Source of the DNA: Candidatus Latescibacterota bacterium
GTDB taxonomy: Bacteria > Latescibacterota > UBA2968 > UBA8231
Direction of reading: 5' to 3'
DNA length: 64,000 bases
NCBI GenBank assembly: GCA_965204725.1
Contig: OZ242005.1
Span: forward strand, 864,001 to 928,000
This document shows positions 54,511 through 64,000 of the stretch, in pieces (position 1 is the stretch's first letter; each line of letters starts with the position of its first letter). A model generated the notes under the pieces. That model was not told where the DNA came from. It saw only the letters and a program-made list of their open reading frames with translations, and ran no database searches. The position numbers and the translations under genes were made by a program.

Positions 54511-55527
54511 CTACGAGACCTGCTCAACGAAGGTGATCCACAGCGGGCTTTCGCCTACTTCGTGTTGCTCCAAGGGCGTCAGCGCACCAGTCACCGCGTC
54601 AATGCGATACGAAGCTAGCCGCCCCGATCCTTGGCCGACCGCGTAGGCGAAGCGGCCGCTCGGATCCAACTCAAAGAAGCGGGGCGTGGCCTCGGTGGGA
54701 TAGTGTCCTTTGGCCGTCAGCCTCCCATCGTTGCCAATGGCAAACAGGGCCAAGGAATCGTGGCCGCGATTGGACCCGTAGAGAAACCGGCCATTGGGTG
54801 CGATCTTTATTTCGGCCGTCGTGTTGCCCGCACGATCAAACCCCTCCGGCAGGGTCGAGATGACCTGAAACGACGACAGGGCCCCCGATTCCGGGTCGAA
54901 GCGGTAGGCCGAAATGGTGCTGCCGTTTTCGTTGATCGAATAGAGGAGATCGCGGGTTGGGTGGAAGGCGAAGTGGCGCGGGCCTTCGGGCGTGGCCGGT
55001 TGGACCTTGGGCGGGTCGTTGGGCGTTAGCTGCCCGGTTTGCTCGTCAAAGCGGAACTGAAAGATGGCGTTGGTCGGGTTGGTGTGCGGCACAAAGGCGA
55101 AGCGGTTCGAGCGGTCGGTTTGGATGCTGTGGGCGCGTATGGCGGTGGGGAGCATTTGCCGCGGCTGGTCCGCGAGTATGCCGGGGCCGCTCATGCTGTG
55201 AACGCCGACGTGGCCCGACCCATAGTAAGACGACAATAAAAAGGAGCAGGTATTGTCCAAAAATAAATAAGGCGGGCCTTCGGCTAGGGCCGTCTCCGAG
55301 AGCCTGGCGAGCGTCCCCTTCTCCTGATCGACCACATAGTTGACCAGTAATCTGGCGGCGCGCAGGGCCACAAACATCACTCTCCCGTTTGGGTGCATGA
55401 CCACCGCTCCGGGGGCACCCTCCAGCTCGATATTGGGCTGCGGCTCTAGTGCGCCGCTGTCTTCGTCCATTAGGAAATGAGAGAAAAAGTTGTTGCCCGA
55501 GTTTGAAACATATACGTGATAGGCCAT
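54511..55527 (-). CDS. pgl: 6-phosphogluconolactonase-like beta-propeller lactonase
   Basis: HSI..NRFAFVP, GPRHFAFHP..YSINE, AEIKIAPNGRFLYGSNRGHDS, PRFF. Confidence 0.8.
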   Translation of the reverse strand: MAYHVYVSNSGNNFFSHFLMDEDSGALEPQPNIELEGAPGAVVMHPNGRVMFVALRAARLLVNYVVDQEKGTLARLSETALAEGPPYLFLDNTCSFLLSSYYGSGHVGVHSMSGPGILADQPRQMLPTAIRAHSIQTDRSNRFAFVPHTNPTNAIFQFRFDEQTGQLTPNDPPKVQPATPEGPRHFAFHPTRDLLYSINENGSTISAYRFDPESGALSSFQVISTLPEGFDRAGNTTAEIKIAPNGRFLYGSNRGHDSLALFAIGNDGRLTAKGHYPTEATPRFFELDPSGRFAYAVGQGSGRLASYRIDAVTGALTPLEQHEVGESPLWITFVEQVS

Positions 55528-55548
55528 GGTGAGCTCCGCGGAAAAGTG

Positions 55549-56136
55549 TTAGGTAAGCGATGGGCAATATGCCGCTTCTCGCAAGGCATGCAAAAACGCG
55601 ACTGGATCGGCCGGGCCGAGCAAGAGGGCGTAGGGGCCGTGCGTTGGAATATACACGGCGCGCGGCGCACCGGTGTAGAAAACGTGCGCCTTCTCCTCGC
55701 TGCGCAGATGGAACGCCCCCCCGTAAAAAAAGAACGCGCTGATGGCGAAAATTTTGCGGCCGGGCCGATATTGGGGCGCGGCCGGCAAATCGACGACGTG
55801 GGCCTCCTCCACCGTTAGCTCGTTATAGGCAAAGTGCTTGCCGTGGGCGCTGTTGCGGATGAGGAGGTGCTCCTCTAGCAAGGCGAAATCCGTGCGGCGG
55901 GCACTCAAGTAAAACCAAGTGAGGACCGAGAAAAATATGATCAGCATCAGCGCGTACGACGAGCCCAAGGCCACGGGCGCGGCGAGTTGCGCGACCGGGC
56001 CTTCTGGGTCAATGGCCGCGTAGAGCGCGAAGGTCAGCACGGCGAAAAAGGCGGTGGTCGCGGCAAAAGACGCGGCCAGTACTTTGCCGAACAGGGCCGC
56101 GGACGGCGGGTGGATGGGAAAGATGCGCGGGTCCAT
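55549..56136 (-). CDS. Membrane protein with bacterial PH-like domain
   Basis: Two TM helices then GAFHLR..VYIPT..LLLGPADPVAFL. Confidence 0.65.
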   Translation of the reverse strand: MDPRIFPIHPPSAALFGKVLAASFAATTAFFAVLTFALYAAIDPEGPVAQLAAPVALGSSYALMLIIFFSVLTWFYLSARRTDFALLEEHLLIRNSAHGKHFAYNELTVEEAHVVDLPAAPQYRPGRKIFAISAFFFYGGAFHLRSEEKAHVFYTGAPRAVYIPTHGPYALLLGPADPVAFLHALREAAYCPSLT

Positions 56137-56137
56137 G

Positions 56138-56992
56138 TCAACTGGCCTTAATGAGCACCAACCCCCCGACGATGGCGAGGAGGCCGGTGGCCTTGAGCAG
56201 GGTGAGCCGTTCCTTGAGGAATATCCAGCCCAGCAGCGCGCCGATTACGACCGACGACTCGCGCACGGCGACGATGTACCCGACCGGGCCTTGGGTATAG
56301 GCGTAGAGAATCAGCAGATACGTGCCCAGCGAGGCTACGCCGATCAGGGTGATAACAGGCCAATGGACGCGGGCTATCGTCAGCAATCCCGCCCCGTACC
56401 GGCGCACGACCCAAGGTGCGCGCACGAGGCTGCCGATCAGCCACATGCCGGTGATGTAGTAGAGCGGTTGCACGTAGCCGACGCCTATTTTATCCACCAG
56501 CGAGTAGCAGACAATCGTCAGCCCCACGCCCAACGCGAGTTGCAAGCCGCGCGTCTGGTGCTTGAAGGCGGAGGCGCCCAAGCAGAAAATTCCCGCCAAG
56601 ACCAAGGCGATGCCGCTGGCTCCCAACAGGGAAATGTCTTCGCCCAAGGCCAGCCACGCGGCTAGGGCTGTCAGCCCCACGCCCGAGCCGCGGGCGACCG
56701 GATAGACGAGGGAGATTTCGCCGTGCTCATAAGCCTCGGCCAGCAGCGCGAAGTACAGCCCGTGAATAATGCCCGTAGCCACGAGGCACAGGCCGCCGGA
56801 CCACGACAGGGGCAGGGGCGGCGGTGTGCCCTGCCACCACGTGTACGCGCAAAACGGGATGGCGACTAGCACCCCAACCACTACGGAGAGCCAAATTATG
56901 GCTGCATCGCCAGCGGCTTTGCGGGCGGCGAAATTCCACAGGGCGTGGCCGATGGCGGCCGTCAATACGAGTCCCCAAACGTCGGCGTTCAT
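56138..56992 (-). CDS. EamA/DMT-family transporter
   Basis: HALWN, AYEHGEISLVYPVARG, YSLVDK, VRESSV..LKE. Confidence 0.9.
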   Translation of the reverse strand: MNADVWGLVLTAAIGHALWNFAARKAAGDAAIIWLSVVVGVLVAIPFCAYTWWQGTPPPLPLSWSGGLCLVATGIIHGLYFALLAEAYEHGEISLVYPVARGSGVGLTALAAWLALGEDISLLGASGIALVLAGIFCLGASAFKHQTRGLQLALGVGLTIVCYSLVDKIGVGYVQPLYYITGMWLIGSLVRAPWVVRRYGAGLLTIARVHWPVITLIGVASLGTYLLILYAYTQGPVGYIVAVRESSVVIGALLGWIFLKERLTLLKATGLLAIVGGLVLIKAS

Positions 56993-57118
56993 TTTTTACT
57001 AAGGCAATCGGGGTACATGGGCCGGTTGACCATAGCGAGATTGAACTCTCGCGTCAAATGATCAATATTCTAAGCGAGCGATGGTACGCGGTGTTTCCTT
57101 ACTCGACTGAATAAACGG

Positions 57119-58093
57119 ATGGCAAACATATCTACTCCTACTTTCGCGGCGGTGGAGGAGGCCGCGGCGTTTATTGGGGCGCATCTGACGCCGACGCCGC
57201 TGGTCCACTGCTGGAAGCTCTCGCAAATGCTCGGTTGCCAATACCACGCCAAGTGCGAGAACTTGCAGCCTGTGGGGGCCTTTAAGGTCCGCGGCGGCGT
57301 CAACCTCATCGGGCGCTTGCGCCCAGATGAGCGACAACGGGGTGTCATCAGCGCGAGCACCGGCAATCACGGCCAGTCGCTGGCCTACGCGGGTCGGCTC
57401 TTTGGCACGCCGGTGATCATCTACGGGCCGGAGCGCGCCAGCAACCCGGCTAAGGTCGCGGCCATGCGCGCCCTCGGAGCCGAAGTCCGCCTGTGGGGCC
57501 GCGATTTCGACGAGGCCCGCGAGGAAGTCGAGCGCGTGGCGCGCAGCACGGGCTGCCGCTATGTGCATTCGGCCAACGAGCCTTTGCTGATCGCCGGCGT
57601 GGGCACCATGGGCTTGGAGATTTTTGCTGCCCTGCCCGATGTAGATGCGCTGATCGTGCCCGTAGGCGGCGGCAGCGGCATTTGCGGCCTCTCGCTCGTG
57701 GCTCGCCACCTAAACCCGGCTGTCGAGATCATCGGCGTCCAGACCGAGAGTGCCCCCGCCTGCTACCGGGCTTGGCAGCAGCGGCGGCTCGACGTGGCAG
57801 CCCCCATGACTACGCGGCACGAGGGGCTCGCCACACGCGTACCCTTTGCGATGACCGCGCGCATGATGTGGACACTCGTAGATCGCTTCGAGCTGGTCAC
57901 CGACGAGGAGATCGACGCGGCGATTGGCCTGCTGGCGCGGGAAGCCAAGCTGGTGGCCGAAGGTGCCGGGGCCGCATCCCTCGCCGCGGCCTTGAAGATC
58001 CGCAAGTCCTTGGCCGGCAAAAAGGTCGTGGGCATCCTCAGCGGTGGGAACGCGCCCGCCGAGGACTTGGCGAGGGTTTTGCAGCATGGCTAA
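57119..58093 (+). CDS. PLP-dependent threonine/serine dehydratase family protein
   Basis: KCENLQPVGAFKVRG, STGNHGQ, PVGGGSG, EGAGAA, SGGN. Confidence 0.9.
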   Translation: MANISTPTFAAVEEAAAFIGAHLTPTPLVHCWKLSQMLGCQYHAKCENLQPVGAFKVRGGVNLIGRLRPDERQRGVISASTGNHGQSLAYAGRLFGTPVIIYGPERASNPAKVAAMRALGAEVRLWGRDFDEAREEVERVARSTGCRYVHSANEPLLIAGVGTMGLEIFAALPDVDALIVPVGGGSGICGLSLVARHLNPAVEIIGVQTESAPACYRAWQQRRLDVAAPMTTRHEGLATRVPFAMTARMMWTLVDRFELVTDEEIDAAIGLLAREAKLVAEGAGAASLAAALKIRKSLAGKKVVGILSGGNAPAEDLARVLQHG

Positions 58094-59768
58094 AGGAACG
58101 AGGCGCAAAAAGGGACGGCGGCGGGGCGCGACCGCCCGCGCCAATGCCGAGTTGGGTGCCCACCTAGCGTCGCTGGGCCTAGCGGCGATTGAAGCCTATA
58201 AGGTCTGGTGCCGCCAGCACGGGTTTAGTGCCGCCCTGAGCAAGACTTGGCAGGAGCGGCGGCAAGAGCGCGTGGCCCACCAGCGCGACCAACGGGCCGC
58301 CCAAGCCACCCAAGCCCTGCAGCAACACGTCGAGCGACTGGGGCTCGACGGGGTGGCCGCCTACCAAGCGTGGTGTCGGCAACAGGGGATCGGCGACGCC
58401 ATGTACAAAAGCACGACCCAGCGCAACAAGGAACTCAAGCTCCACCAGCAAATTCAGAGTACGCAAGTCTTGCATGCGGGCCGCAAGCACAGCCGGCGCA
58501 CCAAAGACCTCGTCGAACAGATCTGGGCCGGCACCATCGCCGAGGAAGTACTGTCCACCGATGTCCTGCGCTTGCTCGGCCGGGCCTTTGCCGGATTGGC
58601 GGGCCGCGAGCGAGCGCAGCTACGAGATCTGCTTTTGCACGTGGAGAAGCGGGCGTCCAGCCTGCTCGACGCTCGCCCGGCCCTCCAGCGCTTGGGGCGG
58701 GTGGAGGGCAATACCTTTGTCGAAGCACTCGGCGCGTTGGCGCGGCACAGCCACGTCTGGCAGCGGCCCCCAGCCGAGTGGAAGCCAGACAGCCGCAACC
58801 CCCGGCGGCAATTCGCCGCGCTGGCCCGCTTCTTATTGGCCCGTTACGAGGTGTCGGCCTGCTTGGATTCGGGGTGGTTCGGCGGCTGGGGGCCAGCGGC
58901 CCAACGCCAGCAGGGGTGGTTTGTCCACGTGGGCAGCGGGCAGAACCTCCGCACGGCCGATCTGCCGCTTGTGCTCTCCAAACGCATGGCGCACGTCTTT
59001 GCCCAAGCACCGAGCGACCTGACGGCGACCGAGGCCCTGCGCTGGGCGCAAGTGGTGGGACAGGGTGGCAGCGAGGTACTGGCGCAAGCCGTAATAGCCA
59101 CGGAATTGGGGTGCGGTTTTGCCGACGAATCCTTCTGGAGCACCGCGGTGCTCTTCTTGGTTGAAAACCCAATGCTCGACCCGGATATGGTCGGGCCAAT
59201 CGTCGATTATATCAATCACCAAAAGTACGCGCCCACCGAGGAGGGCGGGCCGCCGCAGCCGGACTACGCCATGAAGGGGCGCAGCGCGGTTAAGCTCCTG
59301 AGCCAAGTCGAGGAATGGCACGAGCAACTCGCACGCGCCCGCCGCCAGCCCGGCGGGCAGTGGCCGGGGTCGGGCATTGAGGGGTTTGCCGAGGCGGACG
59401 ACGAGGAAGGGCTGCGCTGGACCATCCACGAGCTGACCTCCGCCAAGGAGCTGATGCTCGAAGGGCGGGCCATGAAACACTGCGTGGCCTCGTACGTGGC
59501 CAATTGCCGCCGCGGCAGCAAGTCGGTGTGGTCGCTACAAGCGGCCGACGCCGAGGGCCGCAGTGCGCGTGTAGCGACGATTGCCGTACACAACTCGAGC
59601 CGCAGAGTCGTCGAGGTGCGGGGGCGCTGCAACGCCGCGCTGTCGGGCAAGCGCGCGCAAAACAAGCGCTTGCAGCGGCCCTACCGGGAGTTATTGGCGC
59701 GCTCGGGGGCGGTGTTGCGAAAGTGGATTGACGCCGAGGAGCTGGGGCGGACCAAGCAAGTTTTCTGA
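58086..59768 (+). CDS. PcfJ-domain protein
   Basis: C-terminal ELMLEGRAMKHCVASY..ATIAV..EVRGRCN; start MAKGT at 58086 overlaps the previous stop. Confidence 0.8.
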   Translation: MAKGTRRKKGRRRGATARANAELGAHLASLGLAAIEAYKVWCRQHGFSAALSKTWQERRQERVAHQRDQRAAQATQALQQHVERLGLDGVAAYQAWCRQQGIGDAMYKSTTQRNKELKLHQQIQSTQVLHAGRKHSRRTKDLVEQIWAGTIAEEVLSTDVLRLLGRAFAGLAGRERAQLRDLLLHVEKRASSLLDARPALQRLGRVEGNTFVEALGALARHSHVWQRPPAEWKPDSRNPRRQFAALARFLLARYEVSACLDSGWFGGWGPAAQRQQGWFVHVGSGQNLRTADLPLVLSKRMAHVFAQAPSDLTATEALRWAQVVGQGGSEVLAQAVIATELGCGFADESFWSTAVLFLVENPMLDPDMVGPIVDYINHQKYAPTEEGGPPQPDYAMKGRSAVKLLSQVEEWHEQLARARRQPGGQWPGSGIEGFAEADDEEGLRWTIHELTSAKELMLEGRAMKHCVASYVANCRRGSKSVWSLQAADAEGRSARVATIAVHNSSRRVVEVRGRCNAALSGKRAQNKRLQRPYRELLARSGAVLRKWIDAEELGRTKQVF

Positions 59769-59780
59769 TAGGAGGGTATT

Positions 59781-61631
59781 ATGTACGCAAAGTGCTTGTT
59801 TTCTCTATCGTTGTCTTTGGTGCTCAGCGTCCCGGCGGCCCGCGCTTGCGGCGGCTTCTTCTGCACCACGGTTCCCATGAATCAAGTCGCTGAAAACATC
59901 CTCTTCATCCAAGGGGAAGGCACGGTCACGACCCACGTCCAGATCCAGTATAGCGGCACGGCCGCGGACTTTGCGTGGGTGTTGCCCCTGCCGGCCGTGC
60001 CCGAACTCGCCGTCAGCCACAACCAAATTTTCGTCGAGTTGCAGCGCGCCACTCAGCCCTCGTTCCAATTGAACTTTCAAGAGGACGTTAGCTGTGGGTT
60101 CCCCCCCATTGCATTTTCTACTAGCGTCGAGTCCGGCCCTAGGTCTGTGGAAGTCGCCTCTGAGGAGCGCGTCGGTCCCTACGACACGGCCGTCATTTCC
60201 GCGGACGATGCCGAGGCCGTCGTCGGCTGGCTCGTAGAAAATGGCTACCAACTCGGCGATCTCGGGGTCGAGCTTTTGACGCCCTATATAGAAGAGGGCT
60301 TCTACTTCTTGGCCCTCAAACTCGCGCCGGACCGCGATGTCGGCGACCTGCAACCCATCGCCATGACCTATGCGGCCGATAGACCCGGTATCCCCATCCG
60401 CCTCACCGCCGTTGCCACCGAGCCGGACTTAGGCGTCCTCGCATACGTCTTGGGCGAGCACCGCGCTGTCCCCACCAACTACCTGCACGTGCAACTCAAC
60501 AAAGCAGCCATCAATTGGTTCTTCGGCGGCTTCAACTACCAAAGTGTCGTCTCGCAAGCCGCCAATGAGGCCGGGGGCCAAGCCTTTGTCACAGAGTACG
60601 CTGGCCCCAGTGCGATCGTCGGCGACTTTTTCTTGGATACCTTTGATCTAGATGAACTGCGCCAACAGGATCATCCCGCCGACTTCATCACCACCGCCCT
60701 AGCGCAGGGTTTCCCCAACGACGCGCAGATGCAAACCCTGCTCCGCCGCCACATTCCCATGCCGTCGGTCGTGCTGACAGAAGGCGTGCTCAAAGTGGTG
60801 TTTGCCGGCGACCGCGAAGCCTACGAGCAAGCGCGCCAAGGAGGCTGGCTGCAAGACACAGCCGAAAGCTCCTTCTACGGCAACATGCGCGCGTACGACC
60901 GCTATCTCGCTGACGTTGCCTTTGACGCCCGTGCTTTTGTCGATGACTTGGAGCGCATCGTGGTTGATGCGCTGATGCAGGTGCAAGCGGTATTGGCCGA
61001 CGCGCCGTACCTCACCCGGCTCTACACCACCCTCTCGGCCGACGAGATGACCCTCGACCCGGTGTTCTCCTACAATCCCGATCTGCCTCGCGTCAGCAAT
61101 GTTCACGCTGCGGACGCCTATTGGGATTGTGCCGACCCGGAGACGACTCCGCTCGAAGAATGGGGGTTGGTCGTCGCGTTGGCCGACGGCCGCCAATTCC
61201 GCACGCTTCCGTTTACCGCGCTTGGCGATCCGCGCTCCGTGCCCGCCAATATGGAGGCCGCCGAGGTCGTCGAGCGACTAACCACGTCCGGCCCGCCGCA
61301 AGTCCTCCGCGCCTTCCCCACGACCATAGAAGCTACTGCCGGCTCCACTCCGACCGGCTGGTCCCTCTTGCCCAACTATCCCAACCCCTTCAATGCGGGC
61401 ACGATCTTGCCCTTTATCGCGCCCGACTCCGCGCCCGCCGCCCTACGCATCTACAATCTCCATGGGCAGCAGATTCGCACCCTCACCACCGACCAAGCCG
61501 CGGCCGGATACGGCGAAGTCGCTTGGGATGGACGCGACCACAGCGGCCACGTCGTGGCCAGCGGCGTGTATCTGTATCGCTTGGAGACTGAAGGGATGGA
61601 GTTGACGCGCAAGCTGCTCTTTTTGCGCTAG
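59781..61631 (+). CDS. DUF2330-family exported protein with C-terminal FlgD/T9SS type-A-like domain
   Basis: ACGGFFC, QIQYSG..FAWVLPLP, VGPYD, PIRLTAVA, LTRLYTTLS..EMTLDPVF; tail NYPNPFN..IYNLHGQ..WDGRD..ASGVY. Confidence 0.85.
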   Translation: MYAKCLFSLSLSLVLSVPAARACGGFFCTTVPMNQVAENILFIQGEGTVTTHVQIQYSGTAADFAWVLPLPAVPELAVSHNQIFVELQRATQPSFQLNFQEDVSCGFPPIAFSTSVESGPRSVEVASEERVGPYDTAVISADDAEAVVGWLVENGYQLGDLGVELLTPYIEEGFYFLALKLAPDRDVGDLQPIAMTYAADRPGIPIRLTAVATEPDLGVLAYVLGEHRAVPTNYLHVQLNKAAINWFFGGFNYQSVVSQAANEAGGQAFVTEYAGPSAIVGDFFLDTFDLDELRQQDHPADFITTALAQGFPNDAQMQTLLRRHIPMPSVVLTEGVLKVVFAGDREAYEQARQGGWLQDTAESSFYGNMRAYDRYLADVAFDARAFVDDLERIVVDALMQVQAVLADAPYLTRLYTTLSADEMTLDPVFSYNPDLPRVSNVHAADAYWDCADPETTPLEEWGLVVALADGRQFRTLPFTALGDPRSVPANMEAAEVVERLTTSGPPQVLRAFPTTIEATAGSTPTGWSLLPNYPNPFNAGTILPFIAPDSAPAALRIYNLHGQQIRTLTTDQAAAGYGEVAWDGRDHSGHVVASGVYLYRLETEGMELTRKLLFLR

Positions 61632-62122
61632 GATTCCCTCGGGGATACGCGCACTTCGCTTAACTCGGGATTGAGTACAGAAAGCCCTGCCAAGGTGGCG
61701 ATCCGACAGAAGGGGCCATCAGCGCAAACAAAATAATTGAGCGGTGTATGGCTATTGACGTGAAGAGCAACGGCAAGCTGAAGAGCATCTAAGGTCCGCA
61801 AATTTTCGGTGAAAGCATAACGGGCGAGAAGTCGAACAGCTTGGTTTTGGTGTGTGCGCTCAAAAGGCAGAATGAGAAATTTTCGCTGCCGAATATCTAA
61901 AAGAAATCGAGTCCGTATCGTTTGAAACTCGTCTTGGGTAAACGTATTCATGCGCATGAGACGAAAAAAAGCCGAATGCCATTCTATCAGTCCAAGCCGT
62001 GAAATAAAAATGCGATTGTTTGGATTATCAACGAGGTCAACAACCTTTTGCCTTCCCTACTCGTTGTGATAGTACTTGATCAGAGCACTAGTATCTAAAA
62101 AACAGAAGGCATTATCGTTCAT
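61628..62122 (-). pseudogene. VapC/PIN toxin with premature stop
   Basis: MNDNAFCFLDTSALIKYYHNE*(TAG at 62059..62057)GRQKVV.. continuing in frame to LRTLDALQLAVA..FVCAD..VLNP. Confidence 0.85.
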
Positions 62123-62420
62123 CTCGTTCTTCACTCACGATCTTTGCCATAGACCCCTTAAACTTAGATGTGATTCTGAGCACTTCCTCCATCGAGGTCG
62201 AAGCCGCTGTGGCATCGGCGTTTTCTCGATTCCATTCCAATCCCCACAAGTCGTCCTCATGAAGGTCATCCAATAGCTTCTGAGACCGATCCGGTTTTTG
62301 GAGTTGCCTTTCGATCCTTCGTTTGACTTCCCGCAGCGTGTCAGGGGGCAGTTCGCACAGGGTGTCAATGAGGTCTTTGAGGGGCAAATTAATTTCGACG
62401 TTTTTGTCAATGCTAGTCAT
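62112..62420 (-). CDS. Putative antitoxin of the PIN pseudogene
   Basis: Small ORF overlapping the PIN start; tail SMAKIVSEERDER is typical of VapB-like proteins. Confidence 0.65.
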   Translation of the reverse strand: MTSIDKNVEINLPLKDLIDTLCELPPDTLREVKRRIERQLQKPDRSQKLLDDLHEDDLWGLEWNRENADATAASTSMEEVLRITSKFKGSMAKIVSEERDER

Positions 62421-62433
62421 TTTATACCTCTAT

Positions 62434-62847
62434 CTAGCGGCGGATCGCGTCCAGCTCGGGTAAGAGTTTAACGCTCTCTTGTTCGTTGGGGTCCGTCCGG
62501 GCGATCACAGCCGTGCAGGTTTCTGTCTCGCTGGGGTTGTAGGGAAGGTGAGGGACGCCGGAAGGGATGTAAACAAAGTCGCCGCTGCCGACGTATTGAT
62601 GCTCCTCTAACCGCTCGCCATACCACATTCCAGCTTGGCCGCTGATGACGTAAATAGCGGTTTCGTGGTTTTCGTGCAGGTGTGCCTTGGCCCGTCCTTT
62701 AGGGGGCATGTTCAGCAGGTGCATGCAAATCCTCTGCGAGCCAGTGGTTTCGGCTGCGACCCCCGAAATGTACGTGAGTGCCTGTTTGCCTTCGTAGGTT
62801 GCTTGGGGGCGAATCACCTTGCAGGTTGGCTTGGAGTGCTCTGACAT
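62434..62847 (-). CDS. Cupin-domain protein
   Basis: GAGGAG RBS then MSEHSKP; AHLHENHETAIY..GDFVYIPSGVPHLPYN..ARTDPNEQES. Confidence 0.9.
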   Translation of the reverse strand: MSEHSKPTCKVIRPQATYEGKQALTYISGVAAETTGSQRICMHLLNMPPKGRAKAHLHENHETAIYVISGQAGMWYGERLEEHQYVGSGDFVYIPSGVPHLPYNPSETETCTAVIARTDPNEQESVKLLPELDAIRR

Positions 62848-62890
62848 TCGGTTCTCCTCTGTGAGTGAGTTGGTTCTCGCGGCTGGCAGT

Positions 62891-64000
62891 TCAAGACGCC
62901 AGCCCGTCGAGCAGGTACTGCTGGATGCGGTCGAGCTCCTCGGGGCTGGCGATCTTTTGCCCCTCGGCATCGACGATGTAGAAGGCGTCTTGGGCGCGCG
63001 CCGCGACCGTGTTGATAATGGCGCGGTGAATGTTGAGACCCAGCTCGCCCAGCAGGTACGCGATTCGGTAGAGCAGGCCCACGTCGTCTTGGGCCTCGAT
63101 ATCGACGACCGTATAGCGCGCCGAGATCTGGTTGTCGAGCGCGATGCGAGGCGGCTGGTCGTACTGCCGCTGCCGGCGGCGGCGATCCCAACTGCTGCTG
63201 TACCGCTCCAGCAAGTCGCGAGCCTTGAGCCGCAGCGAGATGACCTCGTCCACCCGCTCGCGCACCCGCTCCTTCTTCCAATCGGGCAGCACCGGGCTGC
63301 CGTCGATGTCGGTCCCTTGGAAAATGTCGAGCACCACGTCGTCGGCGCGGGTGTTGACATCGGCGCGGAGGATGTTGATGTCGTTGACGGCCAAGGCACC
63401 GCAGATCTTGGCCATGAGTTGGCGCTGGTCGCGGGTGCAGACGACGATCTCGGTGTGCCCCTCGTGCTCAATGAATTCCACGACAAAAGGCTGCTCCCGG
63501 CTCAGGCGGGCGATCATCGCTAGATGCACCTTGATCTGCGCGCGGTTGTAAGCGACCAAGTAGCTGGGGGATAGCAGCTCGATGTGTTCTTGGAACTGGA
63601 CGACCCGCTGGGCCGACCAGCGGCCCTCAATGTGATCGAGGTGCTCGTTGAGCACCTGCCGAGCGCGTTGTTTGGCCTCTAGGGCCTGCATGTCCGAGTG
63701 CAATTGCTCGGCTGTCTTGTAGTACAATTCCCACAGCAAGGCCCCTTGCCAGTCGGTCCAAGCATCGGGCGCGACGGCCGACAGGTCGGCATACGAAACC
63801 AAGTAGAGCGCCCGCAGCCATTCCGCGTGGGCGAACAGCCCGGCGAACTCGGCGATCATCTCGTAGTCGTCGAGATTGCGCCGCCTAGAGATTAGCACCA
63901 TATCTTGGTGGTGCTCCACGAGGAAGCGCAGCATGGCCCGCTCCTCTTGGGCCAGCCCCATCCGCTCGCTCAACGCCTCGGTCATCTCAATGCCCCGCGC
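62891..64000 (-). CDS. glnD: [Protein-PII] uridylyltransferase, 3' part (HD + two ACT domains); continues beyond the window
   Basis: FLVEHH..SRRRNLDD, LYLVSYADLSAV..WTDWQGALLWELY, ACT domains (CGALAVNDINILRA; AQDDVGLLYRI..AQDAFYI). Confidence 0.92.
   Translation of the reverse strand, partial: ARGIEMTEALSERMGLAQEERAMLRFLVEHHQDMVLISRRRNLDDYEMIAEFAGLFAHAEWLRALYLVSYADLSAVAPDAWTDWQGALLWELYYKTAEQLHSDMQALEAKQRARQVLNEHLDHIEGRWSAQRVVQFQEHIELLSPSYLVAYNRAQIKVHLAMIARLSREQPFVVEFIEHEGHTEIVVCTRDQRQLMAKICGALAVNDINILRADVNTRADDVVLDIFQGTDIDGSPVLPDWKKERVRERVDEVISLRLKARDLLERYSSSWDRRRRQRQYDQPPRIALDNQISARYTVVDIEAQDDVGLLYRIAYLLGELGLNIHRAIINTVAARAQDAFYIVDAEGQKIASPEELDRIQQYLLDGLAS

Noticed and set aside
54319-54618. 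99-aa ORF after the helicase fragment
   Set aside because: No motifs and it overlaps the convergent lactonase 3' end.
62434-63486. 350-aa ORF as a single gene
   Set aside because: Only the last 137 aa (from 62847, with RBS) are a cupin; the rest is an off-frame overlap with glnD.

Overview
GC-rich bacterial window. The gene content (FlgD/T9SS-like C-terminal domains, 'TWGxIK' tails, CRTAC1/ASPIC-UnbV + TPR proteins, DUF6785/OPT transporters) suggests a Latescibacterota/Poribacteria/Gemmatimonadota-like lineage; this is an inference. Layout: (1) 1-6.6 kb is a decaying defence hotspot. Accessory cassettes (DUF433 x2, DUF488 pair, EVE-like/PD-(D/E)XK nuclease, AAA ATPase + DUF4276 remnant) are separated by short repeated remnants of what look like the ends of a DUF1156 methylase and of the DUF499 ATPase gene. 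(2) 6.6-23.1 kb is a long minus-strand run: CRTAC1-TPR, spermidine-synthase-like membrane protein, hydrolase, an AT-rich nuclease/RelE insert, CRTAC1, TPR, PPIase, a His-rich membrane protein, and finally a eukaryote-like alkyl-DHAP synthase overlapping a DHRS7B-like SDR (candidate ether-lipid module). (3) 23.3-28 kb holds a PPIase and an FGE-like/MauG-like/TPR operon. (4) 28.3-53 kb is a large plus-strand envelope locus: four paralogous secreted proteins with type-B-like 'PNGD' C-terminal domains, a CBM9/DOMON-like protein, a probable outer-membrane barrel, a SurA-like lipoprotein, a lipoprotein, a giant M28-like/FtsX fusion and two OPT-like transporters, interrupted by Fic + VapBC. (5) An IS5-family element next to a helicase fragment, then housekeeping/accessory genes, a VapC pseudogene and the 3' part of glnD. 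No rRNA, tRNA or CRISPR array was recognised. All family assignments come from motif recognition, not database searches.
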